Translations under genes and position numbers: made by a program | The notes under the pieces: generated by a model | The model's input: the letters and a program-made list of their open reading frames with translations, nothing else | What the model was told of the DNA's origin: nothing | Databases searched by the model: none | DNA from: a virus | Length of the DNA stretch: 64,000 nt | Direction: 5' to 3' (one strand) | IMG/VR virus record: IMGVR_UViG_3300045988_143605 | Span: 22,369 to 86,368 of that record | In this document: in pieces, positions 37,919-47,446 of the stretch | Layout: each line of letters begins with the position of its first letter | How positions within the stretch are numbered: the stretch's first letter is position 1

Positions 37919-39637
37919 ATGACAACAGTTAGCAACATCAGCGAGCTCCAACAGCGTAGTGAGGAGCTCCAGTCGCAAGGCTACGAGGCCGTTCTGCCTG
38001 GCGCGTTCTGTACGCCCAAGCAGGGAGGCAGCAGTGTGTGTTCATGGGGCGATTACGTTCACCAGAAGCTCACGGCTTCGGCTACCATGACCGGAGCAGA
38101 AGGCAATGCTGCAAGGCGGGAGATTTCCGCTGTGTTCGGTTCGTCGGGCGGCGAGAACAAAGCCGTGCCGCAGGGTGTAGGCACGCCCGACCTCGGCTTT
38201 ATGGAGTGGGGATTGGGCAACCGACTGCCTAACCTCGTGTATCTGCTCTCCAAGATGTCGCCCTTTACGGCAGCGGGAGTTGACTTCGTGAAGAAGATAC
38301 TCGTAGGTCGCGGACCATGCGCCAAGTATCATTATACGCAGTATGTCGGTGGCAATATCACCGAGAAGTCTATTCCCTACCTCTCGGCTGGCATCCTGCT
38401 TCGCGGACAGATAGCCGACCTCAAGGCTAAGGATGATCAACTCTCACAATTAGAAAACCCAATCTCAAAATCGAAGACCAATTCTGAGAATGGGGACAGC
38501 GAAGAGATGAAGTCGCTCAAGGCAGCATTGGCAGAATGGGAGCGCACCCAAAAAGAGCTGCAAGAGTTTATTGAGAACAACGGCCTTATGCGCACTTATC
38601 TTGAGATGGCAGGCGATATGTCGCTCATGTCGCAATGCTTCTGCGAGTTGCAGCTTAATCAACGCCAGTTGGACGAGAATGGGCGCCCGGTGCCCACTTC
38701 GCAATGGAACCCGAAGATTGTCGGCATAAAACCACGCTCGGTGTTCACCACCCGACTGGAGCGCATGGATAGTCAGTATCGCATCAACTATGCCTACCTC
38801 TCTAACCAGTGGATCGACTCCACCCAGACACTCACCGAAACCGACCGTCGCATTGCTGCCGTGCCTTATCTTGCAGCTGACACGGCCGTCTCCGACCTCA
38901 ACCGACATGTGCGTGAGGCTCGCCAACAGCGGGTGAGCCGCAAGAACCGCCCCACACGCTTCATCATGTCGCCACGCGACTTCGGAGGTCCTTACTATGC
39001 CGATGCCCTTTGGCACAGCATCTTTGCCGGAAGCATCTTTGAGTATGCTTTCACTATTGTTGACGACCGTCTCACTCGCAAGCGTAACAGCAACATCATC
39101 GGTCGCGTGATTTACATCCATCAGGAATATCTCAAGCAGCTCTACACCCAGCAGGGCGAGAACAAGAGCAAGACGATGGCACAGATACAGCAGGAGGTGT
39201 TCACCGACATCAACCGCTGGCTGTCTAATCCCGACAACGCAGGTCAGGCTCTTATCTCTGCCGTGTTCACCGGATTGGACGGCAAGGAGCACAAGGCGTG
39301 GGAGATTGTGGAGATTGAGAGTAAGGCCAACTCGCAAGCGCAAGCCGAGAAGACCGAGCTTCAGGAAATATCATCCATCATCTTCTTTGCCATGGGCTTG
39401 GACTCGAAGCTCATCGGCAACACCCCAGGCGACGCTACATCATCGGGCGGCACCGACCTCCGCGAGCGTTTCCTCGTCAAGCAAATCCAGTTTGCCCCAT
39501 TGCAGCAGCTCATGCTCCGACCATTGGAGGTGATAAGCAAATTTAATGGTTGGGACCCGCACCTGGTGTGGCAGATAGACCGCGAAGTGCTCACCACACT
39601 GGATAACTCAAAAACGGGGGTGACGATGCAGGAATAG
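37919..39637 (+). CDS. portal protein candidate
   Basis: Start moved to MTTVSNISEL downstream of promoter copy C. 572 aa. It is the only portal-sized unassigned ORF, so this is a size and context argument only. Confidence 0.4.
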   Translation: MTTVSNISELQQRSEELQSQGYEAVLPGAFCTPKQGGSSVCSWGDYVHQKLTASATMTGAEGNAARREISAVFGSSGGENKAVPQGVGTPDLGFMEWGLGNRLPNLVYLLSKMSPFTAAGVDFVKKILVGRGPCAKYHYTQYVGGNITEKSIPYLSAGILLRGQIADLKAKDDQLSQLENPISKSKTNSENGDSEEMKSLKAALAEWERTQKELQEFIENNGLMRTYLEMAGDMSLMSQCFCELQLNQRQLDENGRPVPTSQWNPKIVGIKPRSVFTTRLERMDSQYRINYAYLSNQWIDSTQTLTETDRRIAAVPYLAADTAVSDLNRHVREARQQRVSRKNRPTRFIMSPRDFGGPYYADALWHSIFAGSIFEYAFTIVDDRLTRKRNSNIIGRVIYIHQEYLKQLYTQQGENKSKTMAQIQQEVFTDINRWLSNPDNAGQALISAVFTGLDGKEHKAWEIVEIESKANSQAQAEKTELQEISSIIFFAMGLDSKLIGNTPGDATSSGGTDLRERFLVKQIQFAPLQQLMLRPLEVISKFNGWDPHLVWQIDREVLTTLDNSKTGVTMQE

Positions 39638-39659
39638 TAACGAACAAATGATATAGAGA

Positions 39660-40430
39660 ATGATAGAACTGAATAAGATATATAATGAAGACTGTCTGGA
39701 AGGGATGAAAAGGATTCCAGACGGGAGCGTGGATTGCATCGTGTGCGATTTGCCGTATGAAGTTCTGAACAAAGGTAATGAAAAGGCACGATGGGATAAC
39801 ATTATCCCGATGGAGCCTCTATTCAAGGAATACTGGCGAATAGCAAAAACTAACGCTATTATTATTCTCTTCGGTCAAGGAATGTTCACGGCACAGCTAA
39901 TGATGGCAGAACCTGACACATGGCGATATAATCTAATTTGGCAAAAAGACCGACCAACAGGATTTCTCAATGCGAAGCGAATGCCTATGCGGAGCCATGA
40001 GGATATTGCTGTGTTCTATCGTGCGTTACCTACATACAATCCGCAGATGAGACAAGGTTTCCCCTCTCACTCACGAGGGCATAAATACGGAAAAGCAAAG
40101 GGTAATGTCTGTTATGGCAACTATAATATTGAGACCTACTCAAAAGAAGTAACAACAGAGAAATATCCTATATCTGTATTGTTCTTCGACAAAGAAAAGA
40201 ATCTTGATATGCACCCCACTCAAAAGCCCGTAGCTCTTATTCAGTACCTCATTCGCACCTACTCCAACGAGGGCGACATCATATTAGACAACTGTATGGG
40301 CAGTGGCACCACCGCCATTGCAGCCATCCGCGAGAAACGCAACTTCATCGGCTTTGAGCTCAACAAGGAGTATTACGACAAGGCTTGCAAGCGCATTAAG
40401 TTGGAGCAAGCGCAACTCACGCTATTCTGA
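39660..40430 (+). CDS. DNA methyltransferase, beta class (N6-A or N4-C)
   Basis: CIVCDLPYE (motif IV) precedes HPTQKP and DNCMGSGTTAIAA (motif I). Confidence 0.9.
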   Translation: MIELNKIYNEDCLEGMKRIPDGSVDCIVCDLPYEVLNKGNEKARWDNIIPMEPLFKEYWRIAKTNAIIILFGQGMFTAQLMMAEPDTWRYNLIWQKDRPTGFLNAKRMPMRSHEDIAVFYRALPTYNPQMRQGFPSHSRGHKYGKAKGNVCYGNYNIETYSKEVTTEKYPISVLFFDKEKNLDMHPTQKPVALIQYLIRTYSNEGDIILDNCMGSGTTAIAAIREKRNFIGFELNKEYYDKACKRIKLEQAQLTLF

Positions 40431-40496
40431 CAACTCAAAAATGGATAATTCCTAATCGGCTTGCCGATAATTCAAAACTCAAAACTCAAAATTCGC

Positions 40497-41531
40497 ATGA
40501 TACTATCAACCACCAAGGAGCTTCGGCTCCACATTCCCAGCAACGCCATTGACGACATCAGTTCGTTGCAAGGCATACTCGACAACAGCGAAAAAGATTT
40601 TCTGCGCGACAAGTTGGGCGACTCGCTCTACAACCGTTTGTGTGAGTATTATCAGACCGTTTCGCCTGACGACTTCTATATGGCAGTCAGCAACGGCGAA
40701 CACACACAGCAGCCATGGATGCAACTCCTGCTTATGGCACAGCGCATGGTAACATACGATGCCATGTCGCGCTTCGCCTACACACAGGCTCTCTCTATCA
40801 ACGGCACCGGCATCAACGTGGCTTCAAGCGACGACTACGGCACGGCATCCAAAGACCTTCTCGACAAGGGAGTGCAGGGTTATAAGCGCGAGGCTATGGT
40901 GTCGCTCAATCAGATGCTCGTAATGCTCGAAGGTTGGGCGCGTAAGATGGCTACACCCACAGCCATCGTCGATGCCGACTCCCCCGAGCCATCGCCCACC
41001 GAGCCAAGGGACGAGCAGCACAAGGCCATTGAGGAGATAAGCCTATTGTGGCAGGAAAGCCAGTACTACTACGCTCACCACGACCTCCTCATTGCCACAT
41101 GTGCTGACCTTCAGCACTACCTCGACATCTATGAGAGCCGTGAGAAGTTCATCCGTCTTCTGCCCGACCTTCACTTCATTCAAGACGAATACATCAGTGA
41201 GGCAATTGGCGAGGACACGATGCAGCGTCTGCTCCACACCGACGACCCCAACGACAAGCCACTCCTTCGCAAGGTACGTCGCCTGATGGTGGCTCACCTG
41301 GAAGAGCGCACAACAATTCTCACTATTGACAAGGCACGCCGAGCCGCTGCCCACAACGAAGCCATCGCCCTACGCACCTCGGTGCTCCGGCTCATGGAAA
41401 TGCGCAAGGCAGTGGACGCTGCCAACAACACCCCAGACAAGCCCTCAACCAACACCACCGACTCAACAAGCAAAGGCTACGAAAACAACCAGCCAGACAG
41501 CAAAATATTCGTGTCGCCACTGCTGTATTAG
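40497..41531 (+). CDS. hypothetical virion-module protein
   Basis: ATG start chosen (MILSTTKEL). 344 aa. Confidence 0.55.
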   Translation: MILSTTKELRLHIPSNAIDDISSLQGILDNSEKDFLRDKLGDSLYNRLCEYYQTVSPDDFYMAVSNGEHTQQPWMQLLLMAQRMVTYDAMSRFAYTQALSINGTGINVASSDDYGTASKDLLDKGVQGYKREAMVSLNQMLVMLEGWARKMATPTAIVDADSPEPSPTEPRDEQHKAIEEISLLWQESQYYYAHHDLLIATCADLQHYLDIYESREKFIRLLPDLHFIQDEYISEAIGEDTMQRLLHTDDPNDKPLLRKVRRLMVAHLEERTTILTIDKARRAAAHNEAIALRTSVLRLMEMRKAVDAANNTPDKPSTNTTDSTSKGYENNQPDSKIFVSPLLY

Positions 41532-41583
41532 TATTCTCAAGGCTTAGAAAAGCCCAGTAAGACCCATTGTAAAAAGCAACACT

Positions 41584-42657
41584 ATGGAAGAAATAATCCG
41601 CATTCTTACCCCTGCCCTCTCCGCTCGCATCCTCACCACCGACCAGCGTGAAGCCTTCGAGCGTGGTCTGACTCTCCTTGAGCAGAATCCACGGGCAATG
41701 TCGTTCGTAAAGGAGAGCCGACGTTTCCGCGACTATCATCGCCGTGTGCGTCAGCTCCTCACCTATCTGCAAACCATGCAGACCTCTTGCACGGAGATAA
41801 AGCGTCATGTAGGTCGCCCCACCAAGGAGGAGCAGGCTATCTATGCCGAGCAGCAGAAAGAGAAGGCTCTTGAGGAAGCACGTCGATCGCTCTTCCCCGA
41901 CCTGCAACCCGACATCACCTTGCAGCCTCTCACCTACGGCGGTATCGTGGCCAACCCCAACGGCGAGACCATCGCATCCACCATGCCTAACCTCATGCAG
42001 CTTCGACCGTTCCTCTCCAAACTTCTGCAAGAGCAAGTCAACACCGTGCGCTCCCTGCGCAATGAAATGGCAGCAAAGGCAGAGCAAGCCAAGACCATGG
42101 CCGAAGCCAATGAGAAGGCTGGCAGACCTATCTACACCGAAGAAGAGATTGCCCTTCTCGCCACCCGTGCCGTGAAGATAGAAAGCGAAATCCTGCCACG
42201 CATCTACATCAACGTGGACCGCGAAATTGGCGAGGCTTACCTTCGCCTATCACCGCGCACCGGCGACCCCGAATACATCGTCCGAATAGAGAAGGCGTGC
42301 AACGTTCCACCGCAGAACCTACGCGCCCAGTTCCGTCCCTTCTACGATAAGGCACTCGCCCGTGACCCTCTCTTCGCCCAGTCGGTAGCCGACAAGATAG
42401 CCAACGACCGCCCCGAGGTGAAAGCCGCTCGCGATGCAGCAGCCAAGCATAAAGCCGAAGCCGACGTTCTCATCAAGTACATCATGCGAAAGGACAAAAC
42501 ATCGACCAAAGCCCGCGTAAATGGCCTTACCGACCGCATCGCCCAACTCCGTAAAGACTACTCCGACATCGTGACCGAGGACGAACTGAAAGGCTACGAG
42601 GCTATTCTTGAGAAAGTGAAGGAAGAAGCGGATAAAAGTATAAAAGTAAAAGAGTAA
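41584..42657 (+). CDS. hypothetical virion-module protein (helical, charged)
   Basis: 357-aa ORF. Confidence 0.55.
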   Translation: MEEIIRILTPALSARILTTDQREAFERGLTLLEQNPRAMSFVKESRRFRDYHRRVRQLLTYLQTMQTSCTEIKRHVGRPTKEEQAIYAEQQKEKALEEARRSLFPDLQPDITLQPLTYGGIVANPNGETIASTMPNLMQLRPFLSKLLQEQVNTVRSLRNEMAAKAEQAKTMAEANEKAGRPIYTEEEIALLATRAVKIESEILPRIYINVDREIGEAYLRLSPRTGDPEYIVRIEKACNVPPQNLRAQFRPFYDKALARDPLFAQSVADKIANDRPEVKAARDAAAKHKAEADVLIKYIMRKDKTSTKARVNGLTDRIAQLRKDYSDIVTEDELKGYEAILEKVKEEADKSIKVKE

Positions 42658-42727
42658 AAGTTTCCCAAAGGCTTAGAAAGGCCTAAAGAGGCCCAGTAAG
42701 GCTTACCACCCATTAGCTCCAAAAACT

Positions 42728-43369
42728 ATGACACCATTCGAGATATTAAAGACTACTTGCACCCATGCCTGCCACGAACGCCACGCTTGCGCCGAAGGCT
42801 ATCGTGCCATGCTCGTCACCGAAAATATCAGTCAGCTCATGGCTGTGTGGCGAGCCAACTGGGAAGACATCGTAGAGAGCAAGTATGCCGACATCATCAA
42901 CGACCGTCTTCCTGCCCTCTACCCCACCCTGTGCAAAGAAATGAACGCTGCCGGCATCTACGTCAACGAATGTCCGAAGACCGCCCCAGAGTTTGTGCTT
43001 GTCCTCGTTACCGATTACGACTTCATCATTGACATCAACGATTATGCCCGCTGTTACGTCTTAGGCGAAGCAACCGTCCGCTCTTGGGATCACAGTCAGG
43101 TGTATAGCGACCGCTGCGACCAAGCTATAATCGAGATCCATGACCATGCCTATGGCCATGTGAGCAAAGGTTGGGTAGAAGCCCACACAGCCGCCCGACT
43201 ATGGACCACCGCCGATGCCGTGGTCAATGGCAGCGTGACGTGCGAGGCTCACGGAGGCACCGTCAAGGCTCTCTCCTACCGCAAGATCGAAGCCTACGGC
43301 GACACCAAGGTGTTCAGTAAAACCGACCGCAATATCACGCTCTTCGGCAATGCAAAAATAATAGTATAA
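42728..43369 (+). CDS. hypothetical protein
   Basis: 213-aa ORF. Confidence 0.55.
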   Translation: MTPFEILKTTCTHACHERHACAEGYRAMLVTENISQLMAVWRANWEDIVESKYADIINDRLPALYPTLCKEMNAAGIYVNECPKTAPEFVLVLVTDYDFIIDINDYARCYVLGEATVRSWDHSQVYSDRCDQAIIEIHDHAYGHVSKGWVEAHTAARLWTTADAVVNGSVTCEAHGGTVKALSYRKIEAYGDTKVFSKTDRNITLFGNAKIIV

Positions 43370-43407
43370 CACTTAAAAAATTAGAAAGGCCCATAAATAT
43401 CAATTCT

Positions 43408-46233
43408 ATGAACAGTAAACTCACCATTCTTGCCAACGGCAAGCCGCTCGCCCTAAAGGAAGACGCATCCATCAGTATCGAGTTGAAGAATCCTCTCTTC
43501 AACGACACCGAGATGTTCTCATATCCTGTGGAGCTGCCCATCGAAGGCAACCGACATGTCTTAAAGAACGTGGATGATGTCAGCAGCGATATCCGCCCCG
43601 TGAGCTACGAACACACACCGATGCAAATCATCGCCGACGGTGTGCCCTTTGCATCGGGCATAGCCATCATCCAGGAAGACGAACGACTGGAAGACTCCAT
43701 CTCGCTCAACGTCGATGCAAGCACACAATCATTTGTCGACCTCATAGGCGACCTCAAGTGCAACGAAGTGCCTATACCCACGAAATACCGCGACCAACTC
43801 CTTATTGGCGAGAAGATTGACGAGATTAGCGTGAGTGTTAACTATAAGACCGAGGTAGAAATTAAATACCAGGGTAAGAAAGGCAATAAGAAGTATGGTT
43901 CTGTGGGTGACGACTATACTACGGAGACTACCTTTTCCCCTCAAGCCCTCGGTTTCTCTTATCCTGCTCAATGCAAAGAAACCGGCAATTTGCACGAAGC
44001 TGTATTGTTGAAGACCTACACTTATCCTAACGGAAATAGCGTTAAGATTCCAGATGTGCTAACATCTTATATCAACGTGAGTGACGCTTACCCTCATAAA
44101 CTCTTCTGTAACGCCCGTGTGTGCTATGCCCACCATGATTTGAACGACGATGGCACCACGTCCGACAGTCTTGTGCAGTATTCCACAAAACGCAAGGGCG
44201 AAGACCCAAACAACAAAAATCACGAGCAGGAAATGTATGAAGACCGCGGACCTATATGGGTGTTGGATGCAGACCGCCCACAATCTGGCATTTGTTTCTA
44301 CATGCTCTTCTTTCTCGATTGTTTGTTTGAATACCTCGGCGTGCAGTTCGATAAGTCGGCATTGGAGGCTATTGGCGACATGAAGCGTCTTTGTTTCTTC
44401 ACCACAAAGTGTGCCTACGACATCGAACCGTTGTATTATGGAGAGAAGTACAAGGAGGAAGACGAAGTTGTGAAAGCCGGACTGAAAACCACGAACGACA
44501 TCAAGGTCGGTTTCTTCCAGAAGCAAGCCAATAGCGAGAAGGACGTAAAGAACCTTTTTGATGATGTAAACAAATGGCTCGACTCTCGCGGTTGTGGCGG
44601 CACTCTAAAGCTCGAAAACCCCAAAAACAAGGACGTGCAGGAGGTGAAATATCGTAAGGTGTCGTATGAGGTTGTGGAGAAGATGTTAAATGGTCCTTTC
44701 TACAACGGATCATTCAAGACTACCGATGTTGTTAAAATTCTTGACGATTGGGAGACCGTAACTGTGGGCAAGGACAATGTGGCGAGCATTACCTGTAAGA
44801 GCACTATTAAGAAGGCTCAGATGAGCGCAAGCATCTTTCGCATGTATGCAAACGAGAAGAACTTTCCCGACGAGTCTGTGTCTGACGTTATCGATTCTTT
44901 TGAGCAGCAGTTTGGTATCAAGTTCCATTACGACTATGAGCAGAAGAAAGTGACAGCTTATCTCATTCGTGACGTATTCCGTAAGCAGAATCCTACGCCT
45001 CGCAATTTCCATGTCCAGGTGCTCAGTATGCTCCCCATCACGGAGAAGATAACTGGTGTTCGGGCTGGATATGCAGCTGAGAGCGATGCCAAAGAGCAGA
45101 AAGATAACGTAAAAAATGCCGTGAAGGACTTCAATACCGACTACGACTATATCGAATACCCCAAAAACTCCACCGTAACGAGCCTTACCTACAAGGATAT
45201 CATTCATAAAGTCTACAACGGTCAGATGAACGTGTTTGTTGACCTTCAAACCGGCAATAAGTATCGTGTAAAAATTGACAAGGAGTTTACTGACGCAAGC
45301 AATATGGAGCCTCGCTTGTTTGAGGTTGCAGCTATGAAGGGCGTGGAGATAGGTGATTGTTCTACTCTTAACGAAGACTTCATTCAGGAGTTTAAGTCGA
45401 GCTTTGTTCCCGTAGGTATGGTGGATGCCAACTATCGTATGGCTCTATCGTCAAGCACGGGTAGTACTTGCGCTACCGACAATCCTAAACAGCCCAACGA
45501 AGTGGGCAAGCAATATGAAGGCTATGAGTTTGGCGAAGTGAACGGCTCTTACGCTAAAACCCAGATGGCAGCTCTCGTTGACGAAGACATGGAGCATGAG
45601 TTTGTGAAGCAGTATGTCAAGAACGTCATGTCGTCTATGGTGGCAGACTTTTATGTCACCGAGGAACTTTGCTTGCGTGAGAGTTATGATCCGTCTTCTA
45701 CCGATGATGGTAACTCGCCTCTCCAGTCGTATGACTGGGGATTGTCTATCGCTGTAATGCGAGGTGGTGGTGTGGATTCCACTCACGAACCCTACGACTA
45801 TAACTATGATGGCTTCGGCAACTCAAAGTGGCGAACAAAGGCAGGTGACTATGCTCTTACGACGGACAGCATCGACAACTACGGCAACTCCTATTCCTAT
45901 AATAGTGCTGATAATGATGAACATTTCTCACTCAAACCTCGTGCTTGGGTGCAGCCCGAATGGGCAGATGCGCCACTCGTTATCAACAAACCCGAGGTCA
46001 AGAACCGAGGCTACGTAGATGTGTTCCTAATCGACTATATCTATTTTATCCTCAATCGCAAGCGTTACTATATCAAGTGTCTTGCCTCCGTAGCTCAGGT
46101 AGCCGACATTCAGAATCACTGGAAAGAGTGGTGGAATATCGACGGCAAGAAATGCTTGATTGACAAGGTGAACGCCGAGATTTCGGCACGTGACGGATTG
46201 GGTGAAGTGGAAATTGAGGTGTTTGCTATATAA
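43408..46233 (+). CDS. large virion protein (baseplate or tail-associated candidate)
   Basis: 941-aa ORF in the structural block. No motif recognised. Confidence 0.6.
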   Translation: MNSKLTILANGKPLALKEDASISIELKNPLFNDTEMFSYPVELPIEGNRHVLKNVDDVSSDIRPVSYEHTPMQIIADGVPFASGIAIIQEDERLEDSISLNVDASTQSFVDLIGDLKCNEVPIPTKYRDQLLIGEKIDEISVSVNYKTEVEIKYQGKKGNKKYGSVGDDYTTETTFSPQALGFSYPAQCKETGNLHEAVLLKTYTYPNGNSVKIPDVLTSYINVSDAYPHKLFCNARVCYAHHDLNDDGTTSDSLVQYSTKRKGEDPNNKNHEQEMYEDRGPIWVLDADRPQSGICFYMLFFLDCLFEYLGVQFDKSALEAIGDMKRLCFFTTKCAYDIEPLYYGEKYKEEDEVVKAGLKTTNDIKVGFFQKQANSEKDVKNLFDDVNKWLDSRGCGGTLKLENPKNKDVQEVKYRKVSYEVVEKMLNGPFYNGSFKTTDVVKILDDWETVTVGKDNVASITCKSTIKKAQMSASIFRMYANEKNFPDESVSDVIDSFEQQFGIKFHYDYEQKKVTAYLIRDVFRKQNPTPRNFHVQVLSMLPITEKITGVRAGYAAESDAKEQKDNVKNAVKDFNTDYDYIEYPKNSTVTSLTYKDIIHKVYNGQMNVFVDLQTGNKYRVKIDKEFTDASNMEPRLFEVAAMKGVEIGDCSTLNEDFIQEFKSSFVPVGMVDANYRMALSSSTGSTCATDNPKQPNEVGKQYEGYEFGEVNGSYAKTQMAALVDEDMEHEFVKQYVKNVMSSMVADFYVTEELCLRESYDPSSTDDGNSPLQSYDWGLSIAVMRGGGVDSTHEPYDYNYDGFGNSKWRTKAGDYALTTDSIDNYGNSYSYNSADNDEHFSLKPRAWVQPEWADAPLVINKPEVKNRGYVDVFLIDYIYFILNRKRYYIKCLASVAQVADIQNHWKEWWNIDGKKCLIDKVNAEISARDGLGEVEIEVFAI

Positions 46234-46301
46234 TACCTTTATGTATATATTGTAATCACAACGATTTAATGACTAATAATTAATGATTAAAATTTTAAGC
46301 A

Positions 46302-47336
46302 ATGGCAGCAAATCTGAAATTAGTTGATGGTTCTATATTCAACGGCACCCCTATCACGTTCGCCGTCACTCCGCTCACGCTTGGTGGCTCGCCTTCCTTT
46401 CATCGAATGGTGTTCGATGTGAAGTGTGGCGTGAGTGGCGGCAACTACGAGACGATACGTTTGACGGAACCCGTCTTAACAGAAAATGGCAAAGCCGTAC
46501 AAGTAGATATTTCGTCTGCTCTGCGCGCCTTCCGCGACTCCTACGAGTATTCGCCTGAGCCAGGTGTTATGCCTGTTGTAAAATTTAACGTGTCGGCCTA
46601 CGATGAGTATATGACTAACGGCGAAGTGAAAAAATCGGAGCCTGTGTCGTATCTCGCTGGCGAGGACGTGAAGCAAACCATTTTCGGTGGTTTTTCCGAC
46701 TACGACCGCTTGATGGGCGAGCAGGACATGAAGGTGAGCAGACTTACACGCAAACCCAACACCACCCCCCAGTTGGTGTGCGTAGGCGAGCAACTTGTCT
46801 ATGCCGATGCTTACAGTCCGGCTGTCAGTCTAATAACCGCCACTTGGGAAGCACCCGAAGCCAAAGCCTACGACATAACCGCAGAAGGCGCACAGACCAT
46901 AGGCGGGCAACAGCTCTTTGCCCTACCTGCTTCCGAGGCAGCACGACACACGGAGTTTCGATTCATCAACTCGTTCGGTGTGCTTGAGAGCATCAGCATA
47001 CCAAAGAGTTATGCGCAGGAGGTTGATATCAAAGCCACCAACTACACCGTGACCCGCGAGGAGACCTTGCACTCCTTCTCTCGGTCGGCAGTACGCAAGC
47101 AGGGCAACAAGGAAGGTTGGAACTATATGACCGCCCCCTTGGATGAAACATGGCTCGCTTGGTATCTCCACGAATTGCTCATGTCTGAACACGTATGGCT
47201 GAAGATTAACGGCAAGTTCCTACCCTGCATCATCGAGTCGGAAGAAACCATTAAGTATGCCGACGACACTAAGACCGATATGTACATCGTGTCGTTCACA
47301 GCACGCCTCAGTTTCTGCGGCAGCACAAAGATATAA
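46302..47336 (+). CDS. hypothetical virion protein
   Basis: 344-aa ORF. Confidence 0.55.
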   Translation: MAANLKLVDGSIFNGTPITFAVTPLTLGGSPSFHRMVFDVKCGVSGGNYETIRLTEPVLTENGKAVQVDISSALRAFRDSYEYSPEPGVMPVVKFNVSAYDEYMTNGEVKKSEPVSYLAGEDVKQTIFGGFSDYDRLMGEQDMKVSRLTRKPNTTPQLVCVGEQLVYADAYSPAVSLITATWEAPEAKAYDITAEGAQTIGGQQLFALPASEAARHTEFRFINSFGVLESISIPKSYAQEVDIKATNYTVTREETLHSFSRSAVRKQGNKEGWNYMTAPLDETWLAWYLHELLMSEHVWLKINGKFLPCIIESEETIKYADDTKTDMYIVSFTARLSFCGSTKI

Positions 47337-47387
47337 AGTCTTACGACCTCAAGATGCACCATGCTCTTGGGGGCGTTTGCGTTTAGG

Positions 47388-47424
47388 TATGTCCGCATCA
47401 TGCAAACGCTTTTTGCTAAATTCG
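47388..47424 (+). promoter_or_regulatory. phage-type promoter, copy D (TATGTCCGC-N20-TAAATTCG)
   Basis: Same 20-nt spacing, one mismatch in the -7 box. 22 nt upstream of the ATG at 47447. Confidence 0.5.
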
Positions 47425-47446
47425 CAATAGAAAATCAACATAATAT

